Below are positions 12,201-25,269 of a DNA stretch of 64,000 nucleotides, piece after piece. Every line of letters starts with the position of its first letter. The first letter of the stretch is position 1. A model generated the notes under the pieces. That model did no database searches. It was not told the origin of the DNA and saw only the letters and a program-made list of their open reading frames with translations. This DNA comes from Scyliorhinus canicula (taxonomy: Eukaryota). The stretch spans positions 434,001-498,000 of the forward strand of contig NW_024055870.1 in assembly GCF_902713615.1 (NCBI RefSeq). Direction: 5' to 3'. The position numbers were made by a program, and so were the translations under genes.

Positions 12201-13231
12201 TAGTCCCAAGTACAGATCCATGCCATAAGTTCACCCACCTTATTCCTGATGCTTCTTGCATTAAAGTCAACCCATCTCCTTGCCTGCAAGTACTCTCCTT
12301 TGTCATTGTTACCTTCCCCACTGCATCACTACGTGCTTTGGCGTCCTGACTATCGTCTACCTTAGTTGCTGGACTACAGGTCCGGTTCCCATTCCCCTGC
12401 CAAATTAGTTTAAACCCTCCCGAAGAGTACTAGAAAACCTCCCCCCCCCCCCCAGGATATTGGTGCCCTCTGGTTCAGATGCAACCCGTCCTACTTGTAC
12501 AGGTCCCAACTTCCCCAGAATGCGCTCCACTTATCCAAATACCTGAAGCCCTCCCTCATACACCATTCCTGCAGCCATGTGTTCAACTGAACTCTCTCCC
12601 TATTCCTAGCCTCGCTATCACGTGGCACCGGCAACAAAGCAGAGATGACAACTCTGTCTGTCCTGGCCTTTAACTTCCAGCCTAACTCCCTAAACTTGTT
12701 TATTACCTCCACACCCTTTTTCCTACCTACATCGTTGGTACCAATGTGCACCACGACTTCTGGCTGCTCACCCTCCCCCTTAAGGATCCTGAAGACACGA
12801 TCAGAGACATCCCTGGCCCTAGCACCCGGGAGGCAACATACCTTTCGGGAGTCTCGCTCGCGACCACAGAATCTCCTATCTATTCCCCTAACCATTGAAT
12901 CTCCTATTACTATTGCTTTTCTATGCTCCCCGTTCCCTTCTGATCCCCAGAGCCAGACTCCGTGCCAGAGACCTGGCCGCTGGGGCCTTCCCCCGGTAGG
13001 TCATCCCCCCAACAGCATCCAAAACGGTATACTTGTTTTGAAGGGGAACGGCCAAGAGGGATCCCTGCACTGTCTGCCTGTTAGTTTTCTTTCCCCTGAC
13101 TGTAACCCAGCTACTCTTGTCCAGTTCCTTTGGTGTGGCTACCTCCCTGTAACTCTTCTCTATGACCCCCTCTGCCTCCCGGATGATCCGAAGTTCATCC
13201 AGCTCCAGCTCCAGTGCCTTAACACGGTCTC
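9218..13231 (-). mobile_element. Near-full-length CR1 LINE: ORF1 (SGNH esterase, 5' truncated) and ORF2 (APE endonuclease + RT, frameshifted near 10375 and 12090)
   Basis: ORF1 GDSMVRG...VHIGTNDV; endonuclease ITESW, VMGDFNFP, SDHN; RT FADD; TAAAG on both flanks (probable TSD). Confidence 0.95.
9290..9497 (-). mobile_element. V-SINE embedded in the 3' UTR of the CR1
   Basis: tRNA head and V domain lie between the CR1 stop region and the CR1 terminal stem-loop/tail. Confidence 0.8.
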
Positions 13232-13253
13232 TAAAGGAAACACTTAGTACAAA

Positions 13254-15675
13254 ATGACGACCACGGCAGGACTACGGTGTACTGGAATTTGTGACTTACC
13301 CGAGGGGGTGAGAGAAAGGAGTACAATAGAAGAGAGGATTTCCTCCTATTTATTCAAGAAAAGTAACCTCAGGACACCATGGGCAGGAGCGCTCACTGGA
13401 GCTGAACAGCCAGCGGAAGGTGCAGCTGAGTGGACAGAAAGCAAAAACTACGAAAACAAATCGAGAAAAGGCAGTTTGGTTAGTGTGACTGTCCGAGCAG
13501 GTGGCAAAGCTGGAGAGGAAAATTACTCAGCTGGAGAGCCAGCTTAGGGAATGTGAACGGGGTGCTGGAGCCTGGGCTAAAAATAAAGTGAGGCTCTAAG
13601 AGGAGTTTTTTAAATCCAGCCAGTTTATTCGGCAGATAATTGAGTCGAACAGGAACACCAATTAATATCGCCAATGCCAGGTAACAGAGGCAAAGGACAG
13701 TGGGAGGAATGTCCAGCAACTCCACTCAGCGTACCCAAAGGTACTGGGAGCTGGAGGGGAAGTTTAAAGACATACAAGCAGCTTACAGAAAAGCATGAAG
13801 TGAGCTGGATGGGAGCGACCACAGAACTTGTCCGCTGAGGGTTAAAAGCTGGAAGAGACTCTGTCCCAGACACAGGGACGGATGTACCTGATGAAGCCGG
13901 GAGGGTCCCCGGGCTTCAGACAGCAGATGAGTTAGACGGGTTAGACATAAACCTGAGGGGCCGGTATGGTCTCCGGGTCGGCAGGTAGGGTTTGGAGTGT
14001 CCAGGGAAGGACAGGTCTGGGAGTGTCAGGAAAGCACCCTCAACTGTTGGCGTCTCCGCCATGTGTAGCACACCCGGAGTTGGGGTTGCCGATCGTGGTA
14101 GGGGAGCCGGAGTTAGGGGAACAAGGTGGGAAACGGTCTACGTGGGGCAGATGTGCCCGGTAACGTAGCGCGATCATGATGCCCTAGTGGGACAGGGGAC
14201 CACTGGAGAATGATGTCACAATTCCCCTTAGGACGCAAGCCCTCCGGGGTATGGTGACCCACATCCCAATGTTAACCAGAACAGGGGACCCCTCCATACA
14301 CTGAATGGAGGTGCAGCAGGCAGCCGACATCGATGATTGCGATGAAACTGAAAAGCTGAGGCTATTGCTGATGATCCTGGACTCCTATCTGCATAAAGCA
14401 GTGACCTCGCTGCAAGGTGGAAGATTTGCGACAGTGGCGGTAGCTCAGACAGATGCTTTTGATGCTATGGGGCTCAAGCAGGGTCACCCATTTGTAAGGG
14501 TGTGGGAAACAAAGCAGAAGGTAAGGGTCCCCAGACATGTTCACAGATCGATTGTGGACCATTCATTATGGAGCTTGTGGAGCTGCTCTTCACAGGAATA
14601 ATTGAGACGGGAGTACAGCCTCCTGGCTGAAAACACTCGTGGCGAAACTGTTCACCCAGAAATAGAGCCAAGGCTGAAAATTGGTTTGACCCCCAAGACC
14701 AGGATGTTAGGGAGAATGAGGTGATGAGGAAGCTCATCCGACCATACCGCAATGGTGAAGGAGAAGTGGAAATGGACCCCGAGGAGAGGTGTGTGAAACT
14801 GCACCAGCACCCAGTAGGAGAAGGGAATTGAAACAGGAGGGCACCTGATAAGCAGCCACTATGCTCTGTGTGTAGGAAGCCTGGTCACTACAAGGGAGAC
14901 TGCAGAATACCCAACAAGCAGTTTAGGGAGAAGGCTCCTGCAGCAATAACCCCAATTGCAAGGACAGGGAAACCAGGATTAGGGATGTTTTCAATCAAAG
15001 AGTTGATGTCGGTCATACAAGCTTACGTCAGTCAACCAGGACAGGTAGCTGTGGCAACAGTCTAGAGCACACCAGTGACCAAATCCCCGACACCCTTAGG
15101 AATGCCCTGGAACCAGCCCACTTAACTGTGCCCATTAGAATATGGTCCGTGAGGTCGGCCTTCTGTCTGGATGAAAGTACAGGATGTAGCAGGGAATTAC
15201 TTATTGAATACAGGTACCTCCAACACCATAGTCCAGACGGACAATCCTGGAGCATCCCCTTTATCCAACACGGTACCCTGCAGCCTTTTCGGCGTCGCAG
15301 GAAACGAGGAGGCTGAGTTTCTCTCTGTCCCACTGTCAATCCGAATTGGAACACTCTGAACTCAGTGGAATTGTGTTCTGATGGGCAGGCAGGGAAGGGA
15401 ATACTAGGCACCGATTTTATTGTGGCTCATGAGGTCTTGGTGGACCTGAGAAACCACGGCCTGCGCGGTACAATTGACGAGGGGGCAGAGAAAGACGTGA
15501 TGATTACATAAGTAGTGCCGGTAAGGGGAATCTGTTTACTGTGTAACAGAAGGAATGTTATGACCTGGAGCTTAGGTTGAAAACACGCCGCAATATCTTG
15601 CAGCATTTGCCACCCACAAGCATGACTGCGGGAGAGTCACAGACTCAGAGGTCAGCATAGATGGGGATCCCATGT
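13254..15675 (+). mobile_element. Degenerate Gypsy-like LTR retrotransposon gag-protease region
   Basis: CCHC knuckle CSVCRKPGHYKGDC (~14860-14900); aspartic protease remnant YLLNTGTSNT...GILGTDF; pre-RT motif FATHKHDCG; many stops and frameshifts. Confidence 0.75.
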
Positions 15676-15679
15676 CCAT

Positions 15680-18175
15680 ATATCCATAGATGCACAGACG
15701 ATAGGAGCAGGAGGAGGCTATTTGGCCCTTCGAGCCTGCTCCGCCATTCATCACCATCGTGGCTGATCATCCAACTCAGTAGCGTAATCCTGCTTTCCCT
15801 CAACAGCCTTTGATCCCGTTCTCCCCAAGTGCTATATCCAGCCGCCTCTTGAATATATTCGAAATTTTACCATCAACCTCTTCCTGCGGTAATGAATTCC
15901 CCAGGCTCGCCACACTTTGTGTGAAGAAATGTCTCCTTAACTCTATCCGAAATGGTTTACCCTGAATCCTCAGGCTGTGACACTTGGTTCTGCACACACC
16001 CTTCATTGATAACAACTTCCCGGCAGCAACACTGTCTAGATGTATTCCAATTATATAAGTCTCTATGAGATCTCCGCTCATTCTTCTGGACTCCGGGGAG
16101 AACTATCCCAACCTACTCAATATCTTTCTTCATATGACAGTCCGGCCATCCCTGGAATAAGACTGGTAAACCTTCGCTGCTCGACCTCGAGAGCAAGACC
16201 CACTACCTCGAGAGCAAGAACATCCTTCCTCAGAGAACGAGACCAGAACTGCACACAATACTCCAAGTGTGGCTTCACCAACGCACTGTACAATTCCAGC
16301 AACACATCACTACTTCTATACTCGAAACATCTTGCAATGAAGGCCAACATACCATTCACCCTTTTTTAACGAGTGCTCCACCTGCATGTTACCTTCAGCG
16401 AATGGTGCACAAGAACACCCAGGTCCCGCTTCACACTCCCCTCTCCCAATTTGCAACCATCCAGGTAATAACCTGCCAACCTGCTTTTGCTTCCAAAATG
16501 AATAACCTCACACCTGTCTAAATTATATTGCATCTGCCATTGGTTTGCCCACTCTCCCAACCTGTCCAGATAATGCTGTAGGATCCCCGCATTCTCGTCA
16601 TAATTCACGCTCTCGCCTAATTTGGTATCATCTGCAAATTTTGAGATGTTACATTTTTTTCCCTCATTCAAATCATTAATATATATTGCGAATAGCTGAG
16701 GTCCCAGCACCGATCCCTGTGGTACCGCACTGGTTACGGCCTCCCAATTTAAAAATGACCCATTATTTCCTCCTCTTTGTTTTCACTCTGTCGACCAGTT
16801 TTCTATCCACCTCAATACATTTCCCCCAATTCCATGCGCTTTAATTTTGCAAAATAATCTCTGATGCGGGACTTTGTCAAAAGCCTTCTGAATGTCCAAT
16901 ATACCACATCGACTGGCTCCCCCTGGTCAACTGTACGTTACCTCTTCAAATAATTCCAACAGATTTGTCAAGCATTATGTTCTCATCATAAATCCATTCT
17001 GTCTCTGACTTTTCCTGCCACTGCTTTCGAAATGTTCCGCTATAAAGTCTCTGATAATGAATTCAAGCATTTTCCCATCTACCGATATTCAGTTTACTGG
17101 TCAATAATTCCCTGCTTTCTTTCTACCTCCTTTTTTGAATATGGAAGTGACGTGAGGTACCTTCCAATCTGCAGGGACAGTTCCAGAGAGAAAGGAATCT
17201 CGGAAAAATGACCACGAATGCATCCACTATTGCCAGAGCCTCCTTCTTAACCACTGTGGGATGCAGATTTTCAGTCCCTGGGGATTTATCCGCCGTCAAT
17301 GCCATCACTTTTCCCAGCATGGTTTCTCTGGGGCTGTTTAGCACACTGGGCTAAATCGCTGGCTTTGAAAGCAGACCAAGCAGGCCAGCAGCACGGATCG
17401 ATTCCCGTAACAGCCTCCCCGAACAGGCGCCTGAATGTGGCGACTAGGGTCTTTTCACAGTAACTTCACAGTAACTCCCCCTGTGTGCGTGGGTTTCCTC
17501 CGGGTGCTCCGGTTTCCTCCCACAGTCCAAAGATGTGCGGGTTAGGTGGATTGGCCATGCTAAATTTCCCGTAGTGTCCTAATAAAAGTAAGGTTAAGGG
17601 GGGGTTGTTGGGTTACGGGTATAGGGTGGATATGTGGGTTTGAGTAGGGTGATCATGGCTCGGCACAACATTGAGGGCCGAAGGGCCTGTTCTGTGCTGT
17701 ACTGTTCTATGTTCTATGTTCTATTGAAGTCTACTCGTGACAATAAGCGATTTTCATTTCATTTCGACTCGTGTTGATGTCGCCCAGTTGTTGCCTCGCG
17801 CTACACCTTTCATTCTCCAACATTTGTAGGATCTGATTTGTGTTCTCATTTGTGAAGACAGAATCAAAGTATGTATTTAATTGCTCAGCAATATTTTTGC
17901 CCCAAATTCTGCATTCCCCTGTTTCTGTCTGCGGTGTGCCTGCATTTCTCTTTACCAATCTCTTTCTCTTCACATATCTGTTGGAACTCTTAGTGTCAGT
18001 CTTTATGTTGTCTGCACGTTTCTTTTCGTACTGTACTTTGCCCTTTTAATCAATCTCTTCGTCCTTCTTTGCTGAATTATATACTGCCCAAATCTTTGTG
18101 TTTTGGACCGGATACTATTTCTAATTTCCTTTGTAAGCCATGGATTGCCCCTGTTACCCGATTTGCTTTTGCACC
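15680..18175 (-). mobile_element. Old degenerate CR1 LINE (RT region)
   Basis: Fragments LGPQLFAIYIND, SKFADDTKLG, YCVQFWS, DKSPG; CR1-type 3' UTR at ~15690-15790. Confidence 0.85.
17329..17766 (+). mobile_element. Second-family SINE containing a nested 5'-truncated HE1 V-SINE (~17476-17723)
   Basis: SINE head 17329-17475, V domain plus TGTTCTA tail, then the host SINE resumes TTGAAGTCTACTCGTGACAATAAG(CATTT)n. Confidence 0.85.
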
Positions 18176-18954
18176 AGGCAGGAATTACATGCATTATATA
18201 TTGTACTGTGTCCGTCCTTCCCTCCTCTAAGAAAACAGGGAGGAAACAATTCGAGCAGAGGGAGGCAGGGAGTGACATCACCCAGGTGCGTTCTGGGAAC
18301 AGATGATGCAGACACGGCGACTGAATAGCGGATCAAGGAAGAATCCAGCGTCAATGGACGGTAAGCCCAGCACTGTTTCCACCGTTCGCTTTCCCTCGAA
18401 ATAATATTGACAGAGGCTGCCAGAAAGGTTGTTGCAGCCTAAAATATTGTGAAATTTCATTTGTCTTTATAGTTGTTTTCATTTTCTTTCATTCATTCTC
18501 TCGTAGCGTTATTGTAAACTTAACTTAAGAGTTAGTGGCTTGAGATCCCAGAGCCGTGTCGTGTTTCTCCTGTGGGATGTGGGAATTAAGGGACCCTTCC
18601 AGTGTCCCTGCCTGGTTCATTTCCAGGAACTGTGTCCAGTGCAGCCCGTGTTGCACCGCTAGACAGCTCTGGAGCTGCGCATGGATTCAATTCGGAGCAT
18701 CCCCGATGCTGAAGATATCGTGGATGGCACATTCAGTAGGTTGGCCACACCCCAGCTAACAATTACCCAGGAAGATAGGGAATTGGTGACTGCCAGGCAG
18801 AGGCAGAATTGAAAGACAGTCTCCTGCAGTCTTCTCCCTCCAAAATATATGCACTATTTTGGATACCAATGGAGGAAATACCTCACTGGGGGAAGTTTGG
18901 AGCAGTCTGGTTCAAAGCACCGCGTCTGGCTCTGCTGCACATACGCACATACCA

Positions 18955-19512
18955 CATTCTAGTACGGCCGTATTTGGAGTATTGCGTACAGTTCTGGTCG
19001 CCTCATTATAGGAAGGACGTGGAAGCTTTGGAAAGGGTGCAGAGGAGATTTACCAGGATGTTGCCTGGTATGGAGGGAAAATCTTATGAGGAAAGGCTGA
19101 TGGACTTGAGGTTGTTTTCGTTAGAGAGAAGAAGGTTAAGAGGTGACTTAATAGAGGCATACAAAATGATCAGAGGGTTAGATAGGGTGGACAGCGAGGG
19201 CCTTCTCCCGCGGATGGAGGTGGCTAGCACGAGGGGACATAGCCTTAAATTGAGGGGTAATAGATATAGGACAGAGGTCAGAGGTGGGTTTTTTACGCAA
19301 AGAGTGGTGAGGCCGTGGAATGCCCTACCTGCAACAGTAGTGAACTCGCCAACATTATGGGCATTTAAAAATTTATTGGATAAGCATATGGATGATAAGG
19401 GCATAGTGTAGGTTAGATGGCCTTTAGTTTTTTTTTCCATGTCGGTGCAACATCGAGGGCCGAAGGGCCTGTACTGCGCTGTATCGTTCTATGTTCTATG
19501 TTCTATGTTCTA
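18955..19512 (+). mobile_element. Young 5'-truncated CR1 3' fragment
   Basis: LVRPYLEYCVQFWSP...DKGIV stop, then (TGTTCTA)n tail. Confidence 0.9.
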
Positions 19513-20024
19513 ACTATAGCGACGGGAGACTCAATCGTAAGGGGAATAGACATGAGTTACTGCCACAGCAAAGAATGGTGTGTAGCCACTGCAGGCCAAA
19601 TTAGACAAAATTCTGCAGAGCAGAATGGTCTAATTCAGCTCCTATATCTTATGCACGCCTTATGGACTGTGTGGTGCAAGGGTCAAGACTGTCTACAGGA
19701 CATTCTGAAGGGGGAGTGTCAACAGCCAGCTGTCGTGCCGCATATCGGCACCGAAGGCGTAGGTTAAAAAATGATCAGATCCGACAAGCTGAAATTTGGG
19801 ACTTCGGAGTTAAACAAAAAGCAGGGCCTCAAACGTACTAAGCATAGATTGGCACCAAGTGATAGTCAGAGTAGGAATGACAGGACAGATGTGATGAATA
19901 CGTGTTTTGCGGGTTGGCGCAAGAGGGAGGGATTAAAATTCCGGGGACATTGGAACCGGTTCTGCGGGAGGTGGGACGGTAGAAACTGAATTAGCTAACA
20001 GGAGCGGTTCAATAAACTCGAATT

Positions 20025-20430
20025 GTTCTCACTGGAACGACGGAGGTAGAGGGGCGACCTGATAGAGGTGAACAAAATTATGAGGGGCATAGACATAGTG
20101 GATAGTCGGAGGCTTTTTTCCCAGGGTAGAGGAGTCAATTACTGAGGGGCAAAGGTTTAAGGTGCGAGGGGCAAGGTATAGAGGTAACGTACGAGGCAAG
20201 TTATTTAGACAGAGGGTAGTTGGTGCCTGGAACTCGCTGCCAGAGGAGGTGGTGGAAGCAGGGACGGTAGTGACAGTTAAGGCGCATCTTGACAAATACA
20301 TGAAGAGGATGGGAACAGAGGGATACGGACACAGGAAGTGTCGATGACTGTAGTTTAGTCGGGCAGCATGGCCGGCACGGGCTTGGAGGGCCGAAGGGCC
20401 TTTTGCTGTGTTGTAGTTTTCTTTGTTATT
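20025..20430 (+). mobile_element. CR1 3' fragment (different subfamily)
   Basis: RVVGAWNSLPEEVVEAGT followed by CR1 3' UTR. Confidence 0.8.
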
Positions 20431-21077
20431 TATTTTTTGGACAACATTAATCTGGGCAGGACCACAACCAATGTCCATGGGGGAATGTTTGCTCGTGCAC
20501 TTGGAGAGAGTTTAAAATATATGGCGGGGTAGGGGCTGTGAACCGATACAGGAAGTCAGAGGGATGTAAGGTGGGGACTGAAAACAAATGGCAAAAAAGG
20601 TAAAACGCCAGAAAAACCAAAGACAAAATGTTTAAAAGGCCACATTATGTCATAATGCGAAAATGGTAATCAGTGTGTAAAAAAAGTCTGACGTGTCACA
20701 AAGCCAGGAAAATCTTGAATAAGGTCGATACATTGACTGCGCTCAAAATCATTAACGGGTATGATGCTTCTGGGATCACAGAGACCTGGCTTCGGTGTTA
20801 CCAAGGCTGGGAACACAACATAACGGTGAATTCAATATTCAGACATGATTGAAGGAAATGGGAGGGTGGGGGGGGGGGGGGGGTTCTATTGTTAGTTAAA
20901 ATGGAGATTAACACAAAAGTAAGGAAGGGCATTCGCCTCGGCGGAGTTGCGCTCCGGAACATGAAATGGCAAAAAACGTCAGTGCGAGTTGTCCACAGAC
21001 CGCCAAACAGTAGTTGTGAGGTTTGGGATGGCATCAAATAGGACATTGGTGATGCGTGCAGTAAGGATACGGCATTT

Positions 21078-22092
21078 ACGGAGTTCAGTTACGAGTGGCG
21101 TACCACAAGGATCTGTTCTGGGGCCGTTGCTGTTTGTCATTTTTATTAATGACCTAGAGGAGGGCGCAGAAGGATGGGTGAGTAAATTTGCAGACGACAA
21201 AAAATCGGTGGATTTGTAGACAGTGCGGAAGGATGTTGCAGGTTACAGAGGGACATAGATAAGCTGCAGAGCTGGGCTGAGAGGTGGCAAATGGAGTTTA
21301 ATGTGGAGAAGTGTGAGGTGATTCACTTTGGAAAGAATAACAGGAATGCGGAATATTTGGCTAATGGTAAAATTCTTGGTAGTGTGGATGAGCAGAGAGA
21401 TCTCGGTGTCCATGTACATAGATCCCTGAAAGTTGCCACCCAGGTTGATAGGGTTGTGAAGAATGTCTATGGTGTGTTAGCCTTTATTGGTAGAGGGATT
21501 GAGTTCCGGAGCCATGAGGTCATGTTGCAGTTGTACAAAACTCTAGTACAGCCGCATTTGGAGTATTGCGGACAGTTCTGGTCGCCTCATTATAGGAAGG
21601 ACGTGGAAGCTTTGGAACGGGTGCAGAGGAGATTTACCAGGATGTTGCCTGGTATGGAGGGAAAATCTTATGAGGAAAGGCTGATGGACCTGAGGTTGTT
21701 TTCGTTAGAGAGAAGAAGGTTAAGAGGTGACTTAATAGAGGCATACAAAATGATCAGAGGGTTAGATAGGGTGGACAGCGAGAGCCTTCTCCCGCGGATG
21801 GAGGTGGCTAGCACGAGGGGACATAGCCTTAAATTGAGGGGTAATAGATATAGGACAGAGGTCAGAGGTGGGTTTTTTACGCAAAGAGTGGTGAGTCCGT
21901 GGAATGCCCTACCTGCATCAGTAGTGAACTCGCCAACATTGAGCGCATTTAAAAGTTTATTGGATAAGCATATGGATGATAAGGGCATAGTGTAGATTAG
22001 ATGGCGTTTAGTTTTTTTCCATGTCGGTGCAACATCGAGGGCCGAAGGGCCTGTACTGCGCTGTATCGTTCTATGTTCTATGTTCTATGTTA
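21078..22092 (+). mobile_element. Young 5'-truncated CR1
   Basis: [15 protein letters not shown]-terminus, (TGTTCTA)n tail. Confidence 0.9.
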
Positions 22093-22308
22093 TTATGTGT
22101 GAGTTCAATGTGCATATTGATTGAGGAAAGAAACTCGTAGGAATGCGATGTGGAGGAGGTGGTTTCTCTCGACGAAAGTGCCGAGGAACCAACAAGAGAG
22201 CCGGGCATCCTGGCCTAAGTACTGTGAAATTGAGAGTGGATTATTAGCAACGTTGTTGTGCGACATGCTTAAGAGAAGTGTGACCATAATACGTTGGAAT
22301 GATTTGTT

Positions 22309-23680
22309 TTTTTTTATAAATGTTTTTATTCAGTTTTCGTATTTTATATTGAACAAATTACAAATTGTTAGGAGAGAGAAAAAAAAACAAACAAAAACAA
22401 ACACGCAAAAATTAACACACATATTTACAGGTAAGCATCTTCGTAGTAGTAACTGCGCCCCCCCCCCCCCCCCCCCCCCCTCAACATGTTTATTTTGCTT
22501 GGTTTTGGGCCTTAGCTAGCCATCGAACCCCCGTAACGAACCTGTAGCCCCCCCCCCTCCCGCTACCCTCCCCCGACTATTCTTCCTCTTGTACATTGGC
22601 CACAAATAGGTCCCGGAACAGTTGCATGAATGGCTCCCACGTTCTGTGGAAGCCGTCGTCCGACCCTCGGATGGCAAATTTGATTTTCTCCATTTGGAGA
22701 GATTCCGAGAGGTCGGACAGCCAGTCCGCAGCTCTGGGCGGTGCTGCTGACCGCCAGCCAAACAGGATTCTACGGCGGGCGATCAGGGAGGCAAAGGCAA
22801 GGGCATCCGCCCTCCTCCCCAGGAATAGATCTGGCTGTTCTGAAACCCCGAAGACCGCCACTATCGGGCATGGCTCCACCCTCACTCCCACCACTTTGGA
22901 CATTACCTCGAAGAAGGCTGTCCAGTACTCCACGAGTCTGGGGCAGGACCAGAACATGTGGGCGTGGTTGGCCGGGCCTCTTTGGCACCGTTCACATCTG
23001 TCTTCCACCTCCGGGAAGAACCTACTCATACGGGTTCTTGTTAAGTGGGCTCTATGTACCACTTTTAGTTGCGTCAGGCTGAGCCTTGCGCACGTGGAGG
23101 TGGAGTTGACCCTATGCAGTGCTTCGCTCCAGAGTCCCCACCCGATCTCCATCCCCAGGTCGTCCTCCCATTTCCTCCTTGTTGCGTCCAGTACGGTGTC
23201 GTCCCTATCTACCAGTCGGTCATACATGTCACTACAGTTCCCTTTCTCTAGGATACTTGCGTCCAGTAGGTCTTCCAGTAGTGTCTGTCGTGGCGGTTGT
23301 GGGTACGTCCTTGTCTCCTTTCGTAGGAAGTTTTTGAGCTGCAGGTACCGTAGCTCGTTCCCCCCAGCTAGCTGAAATTTCTCTGTCAGTTCGTCCAGTG
23401 TTGCGATCCTGTCGTCCGTGTACAGGTCCCTGACTGTCAGTGTCCCCCCGTCCTGCCTCCACCTTTTGAAGGTGGCGTCGGTCAGTGCTGGTTTGAACCT
23501 ATGGTTGTTGCAGATGGGAGCCCTGTTCGACATTTTGGTCAGGCCAAGTTGCTGCCGCAGTTGGTTCCAGGATTGGAGGGTGGCTGTCACCACTGGGCTG
23601 CTGGAGTGTTTTTTGGGTGGGGATGGGAGTGCTGCCGTGGCGAGGGCCCGGAGGGAGGTTCCCATGCAGGAGGCCTCCTC
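22309..23680 (-). mobile_element. 5'-truncated L1-clade LINE (ORF2 C-terminus)
   Basis: C-terminal CCHC knuckle CERC...HMFWSC; G-rich 3' UTR; A-tail; 13-bp TSD GGAATGATTTGTT at 22296-22308 and 23681-23693. Confidence 0.9.
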
Positions 23681-24892
23681 GGAATGATTTGTTAAGATGG
23701 AGAGTGATATAGTAAAGACTGAAACAAGGTTCCCGCACTTAAAGAAAGCTGACATTGATGGTATTTTGGTGCATTGGCTATCATAAGCTGGCAACGGGTA
23801 CCTAATAAGCTGATGGTGAATAGGCAATGGCAGACATTTCAGAAACACATGGATGATCTTCAAGAAGTGTACATTCCTGTCTGGTGCACGTGGAAGACTG
23901 GGAAGTTACCTCAACTGTGGCTAGCAATGGGAATCAGTGAATGTGGTAAAGCCAAACAGGAGTCATATAAATTAGCCAGAAAAAACAGAAAGCCCGAGGA
24001 CTGGCTGAAATATAAAATTGAGCAGTGGAGGACATAGGATTGATTTCGGAGGCGAAAAAGAAAATACGAGACTGAGCCTTTAGAAAAGTACGGAGGGAAA
24101 AGGACTGGTGGACACAAATGTAGGGCGCTTACAGTTAGAATCAGGTGAATTCATAATGGGCAGAAAGTGATGGCTGACCAGTTGAACAAATGCTTTGGAT
24201 CTGTGATCACGACGGAGGACACATATGGCTGTCCGGTAATAGTAGGAGACAGAGGGTCTAGCATGCAGGAGGGACTGAAGGAAATACTTACTAGTCAGGA
24301 CATTGTATTGGAGAAATTGACTGGATTAAAACTTGATAAGTCCCCAGTACCTGGTATTCTGCATCCCACAGTACTGAAGGAAGTGTACCTCGAAATAATC
24401 GACTCATTGTTGAACATTTTGAAGCATTCTGTATGCTGTGGAAGAGTTCCAATGGATTGGGGGTTGATAATCTAACCCCACCTTTAAAAAATGAGAAAAC
24501 GGTGAATTATAGACCCGTTAGCCTGACATCGGTGGTGATGAAAGTGAATTATTAAGGATGAAATAACTGGGCATTTGGAAAGCGAGCCAGAATCGTTCTG
24601 AGTCAGTATGGAATCACTGAATGGAAACCATGCTTGACAAATCTTTGGACATTTTTGAGGATGTGACCAGGACAGTGGACATGCGTGAATCAGTGGGTGT
24701 TGTGTACCTTGACTTTCAAAAAACTTTTGACAATGTCTCACACAAGAGATTAGTGAGAGCAATATATATTTCAGGTTATTGGGTGTAATGTATTGACGTG
24801 GAGAGAGAACAGTTTGGCAGACAGGTAGAAAATGGTGAGATCGAAATGCTTCTCAGAGTGGCAGGCAGTGACGATTGTGAGACCGTAGGTTT

Positions 24893-25269
24893 TGTAACGA
24901 AATGTAGAGAGATATGCAACTAAACTGTTAATCACAACACCGAGCTGTGGCACTACCACTAGAGGAACTACAAGACTCACTATATAATGGAGCTCCCAGC
25001 AGCTCTCACGCTCTTTCCATGCAGGACTTACCAGATAACAGCAGTGTAGCAGAGACACTCAGAGACTAGACACCACATGTAGCTCAGATACAGTTTGTAC
25101 AGTTGTTTTCCTTCATTAATCATTAGAGTTCGTTCAGTGTATTGTCGAATTAATGTATTACTTTTGCGTTACTTAATATTTGCTTTCAGTTTACTTCGAA
25201 GACTCGAGTGCTCGTCTATATCATCTAACATGGTAACAACATGTATTCTTTAAACCCAGGAATATAACA
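24893..25269 (+). mobile_element. Probable solo LTR inserted in the old CR1 RT
   Basis: Starts TGTAAC and ends ATAACA; internal TATATAA; interrupts the CR1 QGSVLGP-coding region; imperfect GGTT duplication on the flanks. Confidence 0.65.
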
